NCBI GenBank assembly: GCA_017608345.1
Contig: JAFCGA010000001.1
Coordinates: 97,766-161,765, forward strand
Direction of reading: 5' to 3'
Length of the DNA: 64,000 nt
From: Candidatus Pacearchaeota archaeon
GTDB taxonomy: Archaea; Nanobdellota; Nanobdellia; UBA10117; JAFCGA01
Under the pieces are notes generated by a model. It ran no database searches and was not told where the DNA came from. It saw nothing but the letters and a program-made list of their open reading frames with translations. Below, one piece after another: positions 24,377 to 34,230 of this stretch (position 1 is the first letter of the stretch; every line of letters starts with the position of its first letter). A program made the translations under genes and the position numbers.

Positions 24377-25206
24377 GAGCAGCAATATTAGCCAAATTAT
24401 CACCAATACACAATGGACTAGTTGAATTTATCAAACTCGTTTATGCGGAAGCTGAATCAGTGTTTTTTCTTGTTGGCGGTTCCTCGAAGCAATCAATCAA
24501 ATATCCATTTTCATATACCGAAAGAGTAACTATGCTAAAACGAACAATGACAGATTGCTTTAACAACAAAGATTACTCCTACGGTCCGGTTGAGGGCGTA
24601 AGAGGAAATGACCAGAAATGGCTCGAGCAGATTATTTCAGCGTACGGCGATAGATTTGATGTGCTATATTCCGGCAATCCACATGTCAGAAAAATCTTCA
24701 GTGATAACGACATCGCTGTCAAGTCACACAACTTGGATGAGCTAATCTCTGCGACTAGCATCAGAGAACGGATTATTAGCGGTGAGCCTTATCAGCACTT
24801 AGTCCCGAAAGCTGTATTTGATTATCTTCAAGAAATAGACGCACATACAAGGCTCTGCGCGTTTAATGAAGAACTGCCTAGATCTGCAGTTTATGATAAG
24901 TATGCTAATTCAAAGCAGCCATTTGTTCCTGCGCAAGGTCATAATCTTTCATCGATGGAAGAATTTTCTCAAATGATAATATCAATAAATGAATTTACCG
25001 AGTCTGAGCTAATCTACCAACTTGAATGGGATTCACAGAATACATTAAAACTAATAACTACCAAAGATAGTTTCAATCTTGCTCGCCTGAAAGGAGAGTA
25101 TTTGGAAATCTTACCGATCGATAAACTAGTCAGCATTATGGGCACTACTCACACAGACATAGCGCGGTATTTATTTAATGGGATTGAAGAGCTCCAAGTG
25201 CAATAG
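24373..25206 (+). CDS. archaeal NMN adenylyltransferase-like nucleotidyltransferase with a degenerate HxGH motif (HNGL) and a C-terminal extension
   Basis: AKLSPIHNGLVEFIK (versus GRxQPFHxGHLxVIK), VLYSGNPHVRKIFSDNDIAV and ISATSIRERI align with archaeal NMNAT. The ATG overlaps the upstream stop (ATGA). Confidence 0.55.
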   Translation: MRAAILAKLSPIHNGLVEFIKLVYAEAESVFFLVGGSSKQSIKYPFSYTERVTMLKRTMTDCFNNKDYSYGPVEGVRGNDQKWLEQIISAYGDRFDVLYSGNPHVRKIFSDNDIAVKSHNLDELISATSIRERIISGEPYQHLVPKAVFDYLQEIDAHTRLCAFNEELPRSAVYDKYANSKQPFVPAQGHNLSSMEEFSQMIISINEFTESELIYQLEWDSQNTLKLITTKDSFNLARLKGEYLEILPIDKLVSIMGTTHTDIARYLFNGIEELQVQ

Positions 25207-25316
25207 TAAACGCCTTACAGAGGATTACAATAAATTCAGTTTAACAAATATTTTAGTCCCCTTACAAATATAACTAAAACAGGAATATTTAAAAATAAGT
25301 AAGGGTAAGATTTTAC

Positions 25317-26159
25317 ATGCAAATCATCAAGAAAAATGGCTATTACTATCTAAAGCATTCTCTTCGGAGAAGCGGAAAAGTCATAACAAAAGAGAGATAT
25401 CTCGGAAAAGAGATTCCAGAGAATATTGAAGCGCTAAAACAAGAACTTAAGAAAGAAAGCCAGGAAGCCGTATATCAAAAGCTAGAAAAAATACGAGCTA
25501 GCTTTCAAAAGGAATGGAAGCGACTGCCCGAGAGCGCTAAGCAGCGGGAAAAGGAAGAGCTAGCGATAGCTTTTACTTATAATACAAACGCTATCGAAGG
25601 TTCGGCTATAACTCTTGCGGAAACTCGGGAGATAATTGTTGATAAAACTGCGCCAAATAAATCTCTAGCAGATATTCATGAGACAGAGGCGCACTCTAAA
25701 GTGTTCTTAGAATTGCTAGACAAACACGAAAAGCTATCTAAGGCCATTCTATTGAGATGGCACAAGGATATCTTCGGAGAAACTAAGTCTGATATCTCAG
25801 GCAGATATCGCGACTTTCGAGTGAGGGTTGGAACCTACATTGCTCCAGACTGGCAAGATGTTGAGAAACTAATGCTCAGTCTTATTAAGTTTTTGAAGAA
25901 TACAGAAATGAATCTAGTAGAACTGTCTGCACGAGCACACTATCAGTTTGAGAAGATTCATCCATTTGGAGATGGGAACGGCAGGATTGGTCGGCTGCTA
26001 ATGAACCACATCTTATGGTTTGCTGGCTACCCTATGCTAATTATTGAGTACAAGAAGAGAAAGTCTTATTACCGCGCCTTACAGCGAGAAGAAGACGGTT
26101 TTGTGAATTACTTCTTAAGGAGATATTTGACTGTGCATAAGCGACGGCTCATTAACTAA
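25317..26159 (+). CDS. Fic-domain protein (AMPylase family)
   Basis: Fic motif HPFGDGNGRIGRLLMNH. Confidence 0.85.
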   Translation: MQIIKKNGYYYLKHSLRRSGKVITKERYLGKEIPENIEALKQELKKESQEAVYQKLEKIRASFQKEWKRLPESAKQREKEELAIAFTYNTNAIEGSAITLAETREIIVDKTAPNKSLADIHETEAHSKVFLELLDKHEKLSKAILLRWHKDIFGETKSDISGRYRDFRVRVGTYIAPDWQDVEKLMLSLIKFLKNTEMNLVELSARAHYQFEKIHPFGDGNGRIGRLLMNHILWFAGYPMLIIEYKKRKSYYRALQREEDGFVNYFLRRYLTVHKRRLIN

Positions 26160-26274
26160 GAAGTTAAATGATTTTCGCCGGATTAATATTTTTTGTTAAA
26201 TAATCTTCTTCATTAATTCAGAAGTAGTACTAAATAGGTATCTTTTTAAAAGACTAGAAAATTCTATTGATGAA

Positions 26275-26853
26275 ATGGGACTTATAAATAAAATCCAATT
26301 ATACCTTACTAAGAGAAGAGCAGAGCCCGCAAAAAATATTCATAGAAAAGCGCTAGAGCCAAAATGGAAATTAAGGACATACAAATTGGACGAAAAAATT
26401 GACGAAGAGATCCTACAAGAAGTTGGACAACTTGAAATGACTCTTATGATGAATATCGCAAGAGGATTAGATAGTGAAGTAGACGGCGATATAGTCGTTA
26501 AAGTTGCAAGTATAAGAAATCATGATGAATATGTAAATGAAAAGCATCTTATTTGGGTCGCAGAAAGATATACGACCGAAGGACAAACTATCGATTTACT
26601 CTTAACGCAAATATCAAAAGATTCTCACGGCATAACAAGTTTCGACGCTACAAGCTGGTCTAGGAACTTTGACGCCGGTGCTTTAATGGAAAAAGGTAAG
26701 TTCTTGACAGCATATAAAGAAACTGATGCTATAAATGCAAGGAATAAGCAGATAAAAGCAAATCTAAACCTTAACTTCGGATATGGCAAAGGTTGCTTTC
26801 CGGCATGTCCATATCAAGATGTATCAAGAAGTGCTGTCTTAGGGCGGGCTTGA
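26275..26853 (+). CDS. hypothetical protein (192 aa)
   Basis: ORF only. Confidence 0.4.
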   Translation: MGLINKIQLYLTKRRAEPAKNIHRKALEPKWKLRTYKLDEKIDEEILQEVGQLEMTLMMNIARGLDSEVDGDIVVKVASIRNHDEYVNEKHLIWVAERYTTEGQTIDLLLTQISKDSHGITSFDATSWSRNFDAGALMEKGKFLTAYKETDAINARNKQIKANLNLNFGYGKGCFPACPYQDVSRSAVLGRA

Positions 26854-26868
26854 TTTGGGGATTTGAAT

Positions 26869-27234
26869 ATGACAATACTAACTGATTTACTAACGCGTTT
26901 TGCAGGGCAACAGCTAAATAGAATCAAAAAAGAGAGTAGAGTTCTTCAAAGAGCTCAGATAGATTATATTTTCAATGAGCTTATGGGAAATAGTAGTTGG
27001 GTATATGAAACAACAGATGCTCAAAGAAAACATGGAGATATGGACGATGGTTACTTATACATCCCAATATCTCAACGTCCCGGTCCAGGCGGATTTCAAC
27101 CATTAATCGGATATTCTCAATTGGAATCTGGTCTCATTGTTAAAGACTGGCTAGCTAAAGAATCCGGTCTAGAACATGAACCCTTCAAAGACAAAGCAAG
27201 CATTATTCTCAGAGAGCTTGCATATCGCGCTTAG
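26869..27234 (+). CDS. hypothetical protein (121 aa from the ATG at 26869)
   Basis: The ORF lies 15 nt downstream of the previous gene, on the same strand. Confidence 0.4.
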   Translation: MTILTDLLTRFAGQQLNRIKKESRVLQRAQIDYIFNELMGNSSWVYETTDAQRKHGDMDDGYLYIPISQRPGPGGFQPLIGYSQLESGLIVKDWLAKESGLEHEPFKDKASIILRELAYRA

Positions 27235-27304
27235 TAGCTCTCTGAGAGAAGTATTTTCTATTAATCTTAGCAAACTATTTAGTCTAAAAATTCTTAACTA
27301 GCTT

Positions 27305-28111
27305 ATGGCTAGATATCAAGATCCATGGACAAGACCTGACTTAATTGACGAGGCACAGAGAAGGACAAAACAGTTCGTCAGGAAAGTACATACACTTATT
27401 CAAAAGACTAATTTTGATATAATCATCGCTGCTGGAAATTCCGGGCTCATGATGACCAAGCTAACTAAGCTAACTTACAAGCAGCTTAATCTGAAGATGC
27501 CTCTGGTTGTTAAGATTCCAATTTATCTTAGAGATAAGAGGGGAGTAAGAAATAGATTTGATAATTCTGTTCTAATTCCTGCGGTTAAAAAACAGCTCAG
27601 TGCGGTTGATAAAATTGAAAATATTTTGTTCGTTGATGATGAATTAAGTGAAAAAGATCCGAAAACATTCAGAGAAAGTATAAAGCTAATCAAAACTGCT
27701 GGAAAAGATAAAGTATCTACGCAGTTGAAAGTTTTTGTAGTAGCGGAGGGTGGCGAGCTAGGAGAATTAAGGAGAACTAAAGTCCTAAAGTGCGAAATAA
27801 AATATATACCTTTTGCTAAGCAGACAAAAGAATGGAAAGGAGTAACTAATTTTGTTGCTTATGAAATTCCTTGGAGTATTAAGAAGCAAGTATTAGAAGT
27901 TTATTCAGATGATGAACTATCTGCAGCGGAGTTATTCTGTACTCTGATTGGCGAGCCAATAAGAATAAAAGGCGAGCTAAGAAATGGAAAGCCTTTCTTT
28001 TCAAATAAATTTGAGATTCTGCTGAAGCGGGATGTGAAAAACTTTGAGGGGTTGCAGGCAGAATTTGAAGAACATTTAGTGCGGTTGGTTAACGGAGCAA
28101 TAAGGAACTAA
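27305..28111 (+). CDS. hypothetical protein, weakly phosphoribosyltransferase-fold-like
   Basis: FDIIIAAGNSGLMM and ILFVDDELSE resemble the PRTase core strands, but the TGxT part of the PRPP loop is absent. Confidence 0.35.
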   Translation: MARYQDPWTRPDLIDEAQRRTKQFVRKVHTLIQKTNFDIIIAAGNSGLMMTKLTKLTYKQLNLKMPLVVKIPIYLRDKRGVRNRFDNSVLIPAVKKQLSAVDKIENILFVDDELSEKDPKTFRESIKLIKTAGKDKVSTQLKVFVVAEGGELGELRRTKVLKCEIKYIPFAKQTKEWKGVTNFVAYEIPWSIKKQVLEVYSDDELSAAELFCTLIGEPIRIKGELRNGKPFFSNKFEILLKRDVKNFEGLQAEFEEHLVRLVNGAIRN

Positions 28112-28195
28112 TTGATTTTCTCACCGAAATTATATTGTGCAGCTATTTAGTGTAATAATGACAAGATTTATAAGTTTTCACCTCAGTATATAATT

Positions 28196-29062
28196 ATGAT
28201 TAAAAGCAATTCCTATACTGGAGCTTTTGAAGAGCTCGCAAAATATGACTTGCAGGAAATATCTGACTACACAGTTAGGCGACTTGGTGGACGGTCATCA
28301 GAATCGCCGCTCGAGGATAGCAGAGATTCAGTACCGTCTACGGCATTCTTAGAATGGGTAATTTCAGCTGCCGTACAAGCGAATCAGGAACATGTATATC
28401 GAGGAATCAAAGAAGGAGCACTAAAATGTCTTGAAAATGCTTTAGACACTGACGGAACGGGAATTATTTCTGATATTTGCACGACGCTTAATACGTTACT
28501 TGAGGATCTTAATGATAAAACCCGAGACGAAATTCGCACAGACTTAAGAGCTTATTTCATTCCCGAAAAAGATTCAAGAGTATCAGAGCTTCCGCCCACT
28601 GATTTACTTAACTTAATTTATACATTTAGTAAGTCAACTACACCTGCTGCGAAAAATGATCCGGAATTAGTAGCTTATTGGAGAGAAATGCAGGAAGATC
28701 CGAATCCGTTGAAGGGGCTCTTCTCAGATACTCATGTCCTTGCTAGCAGTGCAATCGCACTCATGGGAGATGTATCTGAAAGTTGGTGGACTTCATTAAA
28801 TGAACACATCATTTTGCCTAGATTCAATGAGTACATGAAAAAACGATCAGAAGCACCCGAAGAAGGACCAAATAGCAGAATACGCGAGTACTCTCCAGAG
28901 GATCTTTACATACATAGCGCTAAATGGTCAATTATAGGACTACAAAAACGTGGAATTCTAAAGGATAGTCATATGGATGAAAGAATAGCGTTTCTGAAAA
29001 CTTCTTCTTCAGAACTTGCTAATTATGAACAGAGATTATTACAGGAATTAAGAGCTAGTTAA
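28196..29062 (+). CDS. hypothetical protein (288 aa)
   Basis: ORF only. Confidence 0.4.
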   Translation: MIKSNSYTGAFEELAKYDLQEISDYTVRRLGGRSSESPLEDSRDSVPSTAFLEWVISAAVQANQEHVYRGIKEGALKCLENALDTDGTGIISDICTTLNTLLEDLNDKTRDEIRTDLRAYFIPEKDSRVSELPPTDLLNLIYTFSKSTTPAAKNDPELVAYWREMQEDPNPLKGLFSDTHVLASSAIALMGDVSESWWTSLNEHIILPRFNEYMKKRSEAPEEGPNSRIREYSPEDLYIHSAKWSIIGLQKRGILKDSHMDERIAFLKTSSSELANYEQRLLQELRAS

Positions 29063-29087
29063 TAACTACGAAGATTTTTGTAAGAGA

Positions 29088-29258
29088 TTATTTCTCTTTT
29101 AATCTATCCATTAAGGTCCTAACGTCTGTAGGATCAGGAATTCCACCCAGATCACTCACTATTTCATGAGGTAATTCCTCAGCAATACATTGAGATTCTA
29201 GTAGATATAATCCAGTTGTGATTAACTCTAATTCTCTCTGGTTTAGTTGATATTTCAT
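29088..29258 (-). CDS. small hypothetical protein (56 aa, MKYQLNQRELELITTGLYLLESQCIAEELPHEIVSDLGGIPDPTDVRTLMDRLKEK)
   Basis: An unlisted ORF read by hand. Its ATG overlaps the stop of ORF 29255-29545 (ATGA), which suggests translational coupling. Confidence 0.35.
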   Translation of the reverse strand: MKYQLNQRELELITTGLYLLESQCIAEELPHEIVSDLGGIPDPTDVRTLMDRLKEK

Positions 29259-29545
29259 TTTTGCGCTGTTTGAAATAACTCACTCCCGTCAGCTAAAGAA
29301 TAATAAAATATGTTATTTCCGGTCTCGAGAACTGCAACACCCTCAATATGTTCTGATTGAAGCTTTTCCGGGAGAGAAGCAGTCTCAGTCTGTATATATA
29401 ATCTACGCACGAAGCTAGTGGGTCTATCTTCTATCTGGATTCCATCATTATATTCCCGCATAAAAGTTATTAGTTCTAAGGGCAATTGTTTGCTCGCAAG
29501 ATCTAAAGTTCCTAACTTACTCGACAAATCTACTATTTCTACCAT
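29255..29545 (-). CDS. hypothetical protein (96 aa)
   Basis: An ORF in a minus-strand gene string downstream of rubrerythrin. Confidence 0.4.
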   Translation of the reverse strand: MVEIVDLSSKLGTLDLASKQLPLELITFMREYNDGIQIEDRPTSFVRRLYIQTETASLPEKLQSEHIEGVAVLETGNNIFYYSLADGSELFQTAQK

Positions 29546-29595
29546 ACTTTCACTACTTTCTAGTGTTTTATAAGCTTACCGATTGCGCTATTAGC

Positions 29596-30039
29596 TCAGA
29601 ACATAGCAATTTTTCTCTCTTGATTAGGGGGTATTGAAAAGGCATTTCGCCAGTAAGTACTCATTGCTGTCCATTTCAAGCGATTAGCTCCTAGCCAACG
29701 AACTTCGCCAATAGGATTATAAGCATAAGCACACCCACTAGCGAGACATTCAGATACGCCGTCACGTATAATAATTGTTCCACTCAGCTTAAGATCCAGC
29801 GCATTGATCCGTGCTACTAGATCGCTACGGTCGCTGAATTTCTGACCTTCTAGCACCTGATACATCTCAGAGGTATTAATTAATTTAAAGGTATGTCTCC
29901 CTGTCCGTTTACTCCGTCTCAAGGGAGCTCTGTCATCACTGCTCCGATAGCTTTCCCGACTATTCTTAAAGCTCTCTCGGCTATCCTTAAAAATCTCTCG
30001 ACTACCTCGATAGCGATGCATGAAATAAGTTATTCGCAA
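29596..30039 (-). CDS. hypothetical protein (147 aa) with an N-terminal SRE(I/S)(F/Y)(K/R)x heptad repeats
   Basis: The ORF contains three tandem 7-aa units, GSREIFKDSRESFKNSRESYRS. Confidence 0.4.
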   Translation of the reverse strand: MRITYFMHRYRGSREIFKDSRESFKNSRESYRSSDDRAPLRRSKRTGRHTFKLINTSEMYQVLEGQKFSDRSDLVARINALDLKLSGTIIIRDGVSECLASGCAYAYNPIGEVRWLGANRLKWTAMSTYWRNAFSIPPNQERKIAMF

Positions 30040-30091
30040 GTTTATTTAATCCTTTTGGCAGCAGAGGAGATTAGTACTCTTCACACTTCAG

Positions 30092-30349
30092 CTAATCAAT
30101 CTTCACGCTTCCGCCAGGGTATTGATACTTACCTTTTGGAAGCTTCTCTCCAGGCGTTAGATTATGAAGCGTTTCACCAGAATAAGGCGGACGTTCATCA
30201 ATCTCCCCTACTTTACGCACATAATTAACATCTGGGGCGTCGGCAATAGCCTGCTCAACTCGTTCATCAATTGCTTCTCCTCGACTCTCAGATGCAGCAA
30301 TAATTATGTCTAGTTCGACCAGAAGCTCTTCTCGTGTCTTTTTTCCCAT
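30092..30349 (-). CDS. hypothetical protein (85 aa)
   Basis: The ATG shares one base with the rubrerythrin stop (TAATG). Confidence 0.45.
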   Translation of the reverse strand: MGKKTREELLVELDIIIAASESRGEAIDERVEQAIADAPDVNYVRKVGEIDERPPYSGETLHNLTPGEKLPKGKYQYPGGSVKID

Positions 30350-30921
30350 TAGTATTCCTCGCTCTTCAGCTGATAATAGCTCTGTGGATGATCACAGCTA
30401 GGACACTTCTTCGGAGCTTCTTCACCATAATGCACATATCCACACTCTCGACAAACCCACGAGACTTTCTTGGACTTCTTAAAGACTGTGCCAGCTTCGA
30501 CTTCCTTTAACAGCTGCTTATAGCGCTCTTCGTGGTGCTTTTCAGCAACTGCTATTGATCGAAGGCGCTTAGCAATCTCTTTATAGCCTTCTTTCTCGGC
30601 AACATCAGCGAATTCAGGATACATCTCTGTATGTTCATAGTGCTCGCCGGCAATTGCAGCCTTCAAATTGTCTTTTGTCTTACTATAGACTAGCGGCGCC
30701 GCAGCAGCCACTTCTAGCTCATCAGTCTTGCCTTTAAGCGACTGTATGTGTTCGAAAAGTCTCTTAGCGTGCTCTTTCTCCTGCTCAGCAGTTTCAAGAA
30801 ATATCCCTGCTATTTGCTCATAGCCTTCTTTTTTAGCAACTTTTGCGTAGAATGAGTAGCGGTTTCTAGCTTGGCTCTCGCCAATAAAAGCTTTGGTTAG
30901 ATTCATAATAGTTTGTTTCAT
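30349..30921 (-). CDS. rbr: rubrerythrin
   Basis: Ferritin-like diiron motifs ([36 protein letters not shown]) are followed by a C-terminal rubredoxin-like CRECGY...CPSCDHP. Confidence 0.9.
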   Translation of the reverse strand: MKQTIMNLTKAFIGESQARNRYSFYAKVAKKEGYEQIAGIFLETAEQEKEHAKRLFEHIQSLKGKTDELEVAAAAPLVYSKTKDNLKAAIAGEHYEHTEMYPEFADVAEKEGYKEIAKRLRSIAVAEKHHEERYKQLLKEVEAGTVFKKSKKVSWVCRECGYVHYGEEAPKKCPSCDHPQSYYQLKSEEY

Positions 30922-30983
30922 AAAAATTCACCTACTCTCTAAAACAGTTAAAAGTTTTTAAGTTTGTCCATACCAAAATATGC

Positions 30984-31367
30984 ATGCAAAAGGTGTATTT
31001 AGCACATTCAACTCACTTTGATTATAAAACGCTCTATGATTCAATAAGAAGTAGTTTGCTAGATAGCAAATACGATTTCATTCTCCCGCATGAGAACAGC
31101 GATGAACAATTTAACTCTAAAGAACTTTTTCAGCGAGAGAGACCGATTATTGTACTAGAAGCCTCGTTCTGGAGTCCAGGTCCATTTATTGAATTCGGCG
31201 GCGGAGTATGGATGCTCGGACTTTCTGGCATTACGATGTATAACAAAGAATCTAGATTCTCACAGTCTCTTGACGAAATCAGTCAGCGAATATTCATTTA
31301 CAAAGATTATCCAGATATGATTTCGAAGTTAGGTTCTGCGCTTGAAAAAGTTGCAGCCGAGCTCTGA
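30984..31367 (+). CDS. hypothetical protein (127 aa)
   Basis: ORF only. Confidence 0.4.
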   Translation: MQKVYLAHSTHFDYKTLYDSIRSSLLDSKYDFILPHENSDEQFNSKELFQRERPIIVLEASFWSPGPFIEFGGGVWMLGLSGITMYNKESRFSQSLDEISQRIFIYKDYPDMISKLGSALEKVAAEL

Positions 31368-31504
31368 GTTTAAGCTATCCTTGTCTATTTAATCATTTTT
31401 ATGAACATATTGCAAGGAAGTACTTAGCAGAAGAAGAAATAATAGTACTGTGACGGATCAGAAGTTATGCAAATCCTTAAATATCTCTATAACCTTATAC
31501 GAAT

Positions 31505-32002
31505 ATGAATTTAGATCCAGAATTTCTGGAAGTTGCACAGCTCAGCACACTCTACGGATTAGCTAGTTTTGCTATTGGAGTGTTTTGCTGGACAGTATAT
31601 GATTTCTTTGATAAATGTAATTTTAACAAACAAATAAAAGCTCATCCAGAGATTCGACCGCTATGTGAAGAAATAAATAGCTTACACTTTGCATATAGCG
31701 TATTGCGGAGGGATAGCCCGAAACAGCGCGGAGCGTTAAAGCAAGCTTATCAGCAGCACTATTCTGGATTACTTGAATCAGCTCCAGAAGGTCTCGAGAG
31801 AATAGCTAAGCAAGCTCGCTACAGAACTCCGGGCGAAAGGGTTTTATCTGTTCTTCCTGCATCCACGCTTCGAGATTTTGCACCGCAGATTGAAACTCTG
31901 CTAGTAGATACTGGTCGAACTATTGAGGACATCAAAGATCCAAATCTCTATAGAAAAATAACTGCAATTAAAGCTGGCGAACCGCTTTACCTCGTTCAAT
32001 AA
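31505..32002 (+). CDS. hypothetical protein (165 aa) with an N-terminal hydrophobic segment
   Basis: ORF only. Confidence 0.4.
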   Translation: MNLDPEFLEVAQLSTLYGLASFAIGVFCWTVYDFFDKCNFNKQIKAHPEIRPLCEEINSLHFAYSVLRRDSPKQRGALKQAYQQHYSGLLESAPEGLERIAKQARYRTPGERVLSVLPASTLRDFAPQIETLLVDTGRTIEDIKDPNLYRKITAIKAGEPLYLVQ

Positions 32003-32026
32003 ATAATAAGAAATAGTAGGTCTAGC

Positions 32027-33052
32027 CTACTCGTTCTTTTTGTCTTTATTTTTATTTCCTTTATCTTCGCTATCGTCTTCAGAATCTACAGCATTGCCAG
32101 TTACTTCAGTATCTGCGTCTTCTGAATCTTCGGAATCTGCATCATCAGCAGTTTCATCTGCATCCTCTGCATCATCAGAGCCTTTGTCTTTCTTATTTCC
32201 TTTGTCCTTAGCTTCGTCTTCTGTTTCAGTATCCTCTGCTACTTCCTCTAGCTCTTCAGGTTCTTCTGTCTCTGCCTCATCAGCTGTATCTGCTTGGTCC
32301 TTAAGCTTCTGCTTCTCCTGTAGCTTTATTTTAATCTGCTCTTTCTTGTTCTGAATCTTTACTTTTAACTCTTCAGCGCTTCCTTCCAAGTCAGAGAACT
32401 TTGCCATCAATTTGGTTTTTGTTGCTTCAGGGATATTTACATTAGCAGATATCTTTGCCTTGACTTTCTCGAGAGCAGCTAGATGATTAGCCATTCCATT
32501 CTCGATCCCAGTCATTTTCTCTTCGGCGATGTCTTCGATCTTTCCGATATCTTCTTTTATTTTACCTAGTGCCAATCCATGCTCTTTTTCTGCTTTCTCC
32601 ATAGCTTTGTCCTTGCCTTTCTCAGCCATGGCTTTTACTTCTAGCAGTCTCTCTTGAGCAATCTCTAATCCTTTCCTAGCTTTCTTCTCAGGATCCATTG
32701 TTAGAGCATAGCTAATCTTATCAAGAGCTACATCTATTCCCCAGAACGGACTATCTGGCGTTACTCCAGCATCTCCCTCAAGATCATCATCAGTCGTTTC
32801 AGGTATTTCAACCACATCTGTTTGCTCAATTTCGGGTTCAGTTTCAACCGGTTCAGTTGTTTCTGGCGTTTCTTCATCTATAGTTTCAGCATCTGTTGTT
32901 TCTGGAATCACTTCCACATCAGCGTCATCAGTTATTTCAGAATCAGTGCCGTCATCCATAATTGTAAGTGGTGTATCTTCAGCTGCGGCGCTAGCTGGGA
33001 ATATAAACATCACAACTATTGCCAAAGCAATTAATATTTTTTTCATTTCCAT
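32027..33052 (-). CDS. secreted, highly acidic protein with low-complexity Asp/Glu/Thr tails
   Basis: A signal peptide MEMKKILIALAIVVMFIFPASAAA precedes a central helical block PDSPFWGIDVALDKISYALTMDPEKKARKGLEIAQERLLEV. Confidence 0.55.
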   Translation of the reverse strand: MEMKKILIALAIVVMFIFPASAAAEDTPLTIMDDGTDSEITDDADVEVIPETTDAETIDEETPETTEPVETEPEIEQTDVVEIPETTDDDLEGDAGVTPDSPFWGIDVALDKISYALTMDPEKKARKGLEIAQERLLEVKAMAEKGKDKAMEKAEKEHGLALGKIKEDIGKIEDIAEEKMTGIENGMANHLAALEKVKAKISANVNIPEATKTKLMAKFSDLEGSAEELKVKIQNKKEQIKIKLQEKQKLKDQADTADEAETEEPEELEEVAEDTETEDEAKDKGNKKDKGSDDAEDADETADDADSEDSEDADTEVTGNAVDSEDDSEDKGNKNKDKKNE

Positions 33053-33150
33053 TTTAACTCCAAGGTTAAATCCTTATTTTAACATAGAACTACCTATATA
33101 TTATATCTTTGTGAAACAAGATGAAACAATATATCTAACTTATTGAAACA

Positions 33151-34011
33151 TTACCTAAGCTCAATATAATTAGTTGTTCCATGCGGGATTCGCTTAATAA
33201 CACCGCGCTCTTCGAGATGTCTGAGAACCCTACTTAGTTTAGCTTTTGAGAAGTCGACTTGCTTTTCAATTTGCTTCTGTCTTATTGGCTCCTTATACTG
33301 CTTAATTATATCTACAACTCGCGCTTCATCACCGAGCAGTCTGACTTTTGGTTTAGACTTGCGTCTCAATTTCTTTCGGTAAAATATGTATGTGGGTGGG
33401 ATAAGCAATAGCAAAAGCAGAATATACCAATAATTTACTTGCTGGGCTTGCTCATAAATAGCAGAAACTTCGAAATCTCTACTCAGATTTTCCCGCTCAA
33501 AAAGGAGAATTATTCTGCGACCATCTGAGTAAACGCTCGTAGGCTCGGGAGTTACATATTTATTTATATCTTCAGAGATTATAACATATCCTTCAGGCAA
33601 TTTTAAGCGGAATCTAAGTTCTTCTGTTTCGAAGTTGAATCTAATAGTCTGTTTGAATATTCTCTTATTGTGCAACGGTACAACCGGGTACTCCGTCTTA
33701 AAACTCGCTGTTATAAAGTAGTCTGAGTCTATTCCTGCTAGCGGACAGGTGATTTTAGTAGCGCCCCTGATGAGTTCCTGCTCGCAAGATGTGGCTCGGT
33801 CGTTGATTTTTAGGTCTAGCTCCTCAATGTCTGGCGGCAAGAAAAGAATTATCTTTCTCCCGCTATCATATTTAACAAATATTTCTAGCTGCTCGCTAGC
33901 AATACCTTTATCTAGAACTGCCTCTAAGTCATAAGAATAAAATTCTAAAGCCGAGGCAGCAGGTATCAATACCAACATCAGGAAAAATATAGCTAAGCGC
34001 CGAATGAACAT
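33151..34011 (-). CDS. membrane-spanning protein with an extracellular N-domain and a cytoplasmic C-terminal winged-helix DNA-binding domain
   Basis: It has a signal or TM segment at the N-terminus, a TM helix WYILLLLLLIPPTYIFY, then VVDIIKQYKEPIRQKQIEKQVDFSKAKLSRVLRHLEERGVIKRIPHGTTNYIEL (MarR/TrmB-like wHTH). Confidence 0.55.
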   Translation of the reverse strand: MFIRRLAIFFLMLVLIPAASALEFYSYDLEAVLDKGIASEQLEIFVKYDSGRKIILFLPPDIEELDLKINDRATSCEQELIRGATKITCPLAGIDSDYFITASFKTEYPVVPLHNKRIFKQTIRFNFETEELRFRLKLPEGYVIISEDINKYVTPEPTSVYSDGRRIILLFERENLSRDFEVSAIYEQAQQVNYWYILLLLLLIPPTYIFYRKKLRRKSKPKVRLLGDEARVVDIIKQYKEPIRQKQIEKQVDFSKAKLSRVLRHLEERGVIKRIPHGTTNYIELR

Positions 34012-34073
34012 GTAGTAATATTAAGTAATATTCTTTTAAATTTACGCTTTTGCACTGAAATAACTAACAAATA

Positions 34074-34085
34074 CCTTTTTAAATT
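34074..34085 (+). promoter_or_regulatory. TATA box CCTTTTTAAATT positioned for the orphan ATG at 34105, not for the intact aIF2-gamma ATG
   Basis: It ends 20 nt upstream of 34105. No comparable box precedes 34231. Confidence 0.45.
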
Positions 34086-34104
34086 CCCTTCTTTACTTTT
34101 CTAC

Positions 34105-34158
34105 ATGACAAAAGAATGCCTCCCCGAAATGAATATTGGTCTCATCGGCCATGTTGAG
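34105..34158 (+). pseudogene. orphan duplicate of the first 18 codons of aIF2-gamma
   Basis: ATGACAAAAGAATGCCTCCCCGAAATGAATATTGGTCTCATCGGCCATGTTGAG encodes MTKECLPEMNIGLIGHVE. The gene start encodes MVKECLPEMNIGLIGHVD. Most differences are synonymous. Confidence 0.7.
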
Positions 34159-34230
34159 GTCACTCACTTTTCCTCGTGGGTTTACAACCCGACTCGCAAA
34201 ACCGAGGCCAAAAACCAAAGAGAATAACAA
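34159..34230 (+). repeat. I-type structured insert (72 nt) between the orphan and the intact aIF2-gamma 5' ends
   Basis: GTCACTCACTTTTCC...GCAAAAC...CCAAAAACCAAAGAGAATAACAA shares its terminal blocks with the reverse complement of 61274-61362. It has nested hairpins CCTCG/CGAGG and GGGTT-TAC-AACCC. Confidence 0.6.

Noticed and set aside
32040-32354. A 104-aa Ser-rich plus-strand ORF, and 32822-33146 small ORFs
   Set aside because: They are antisense to the acidic secreted protein 32027-33052. The poly-Ser is simply the complement of the GAx/GAT-rich coding strand.
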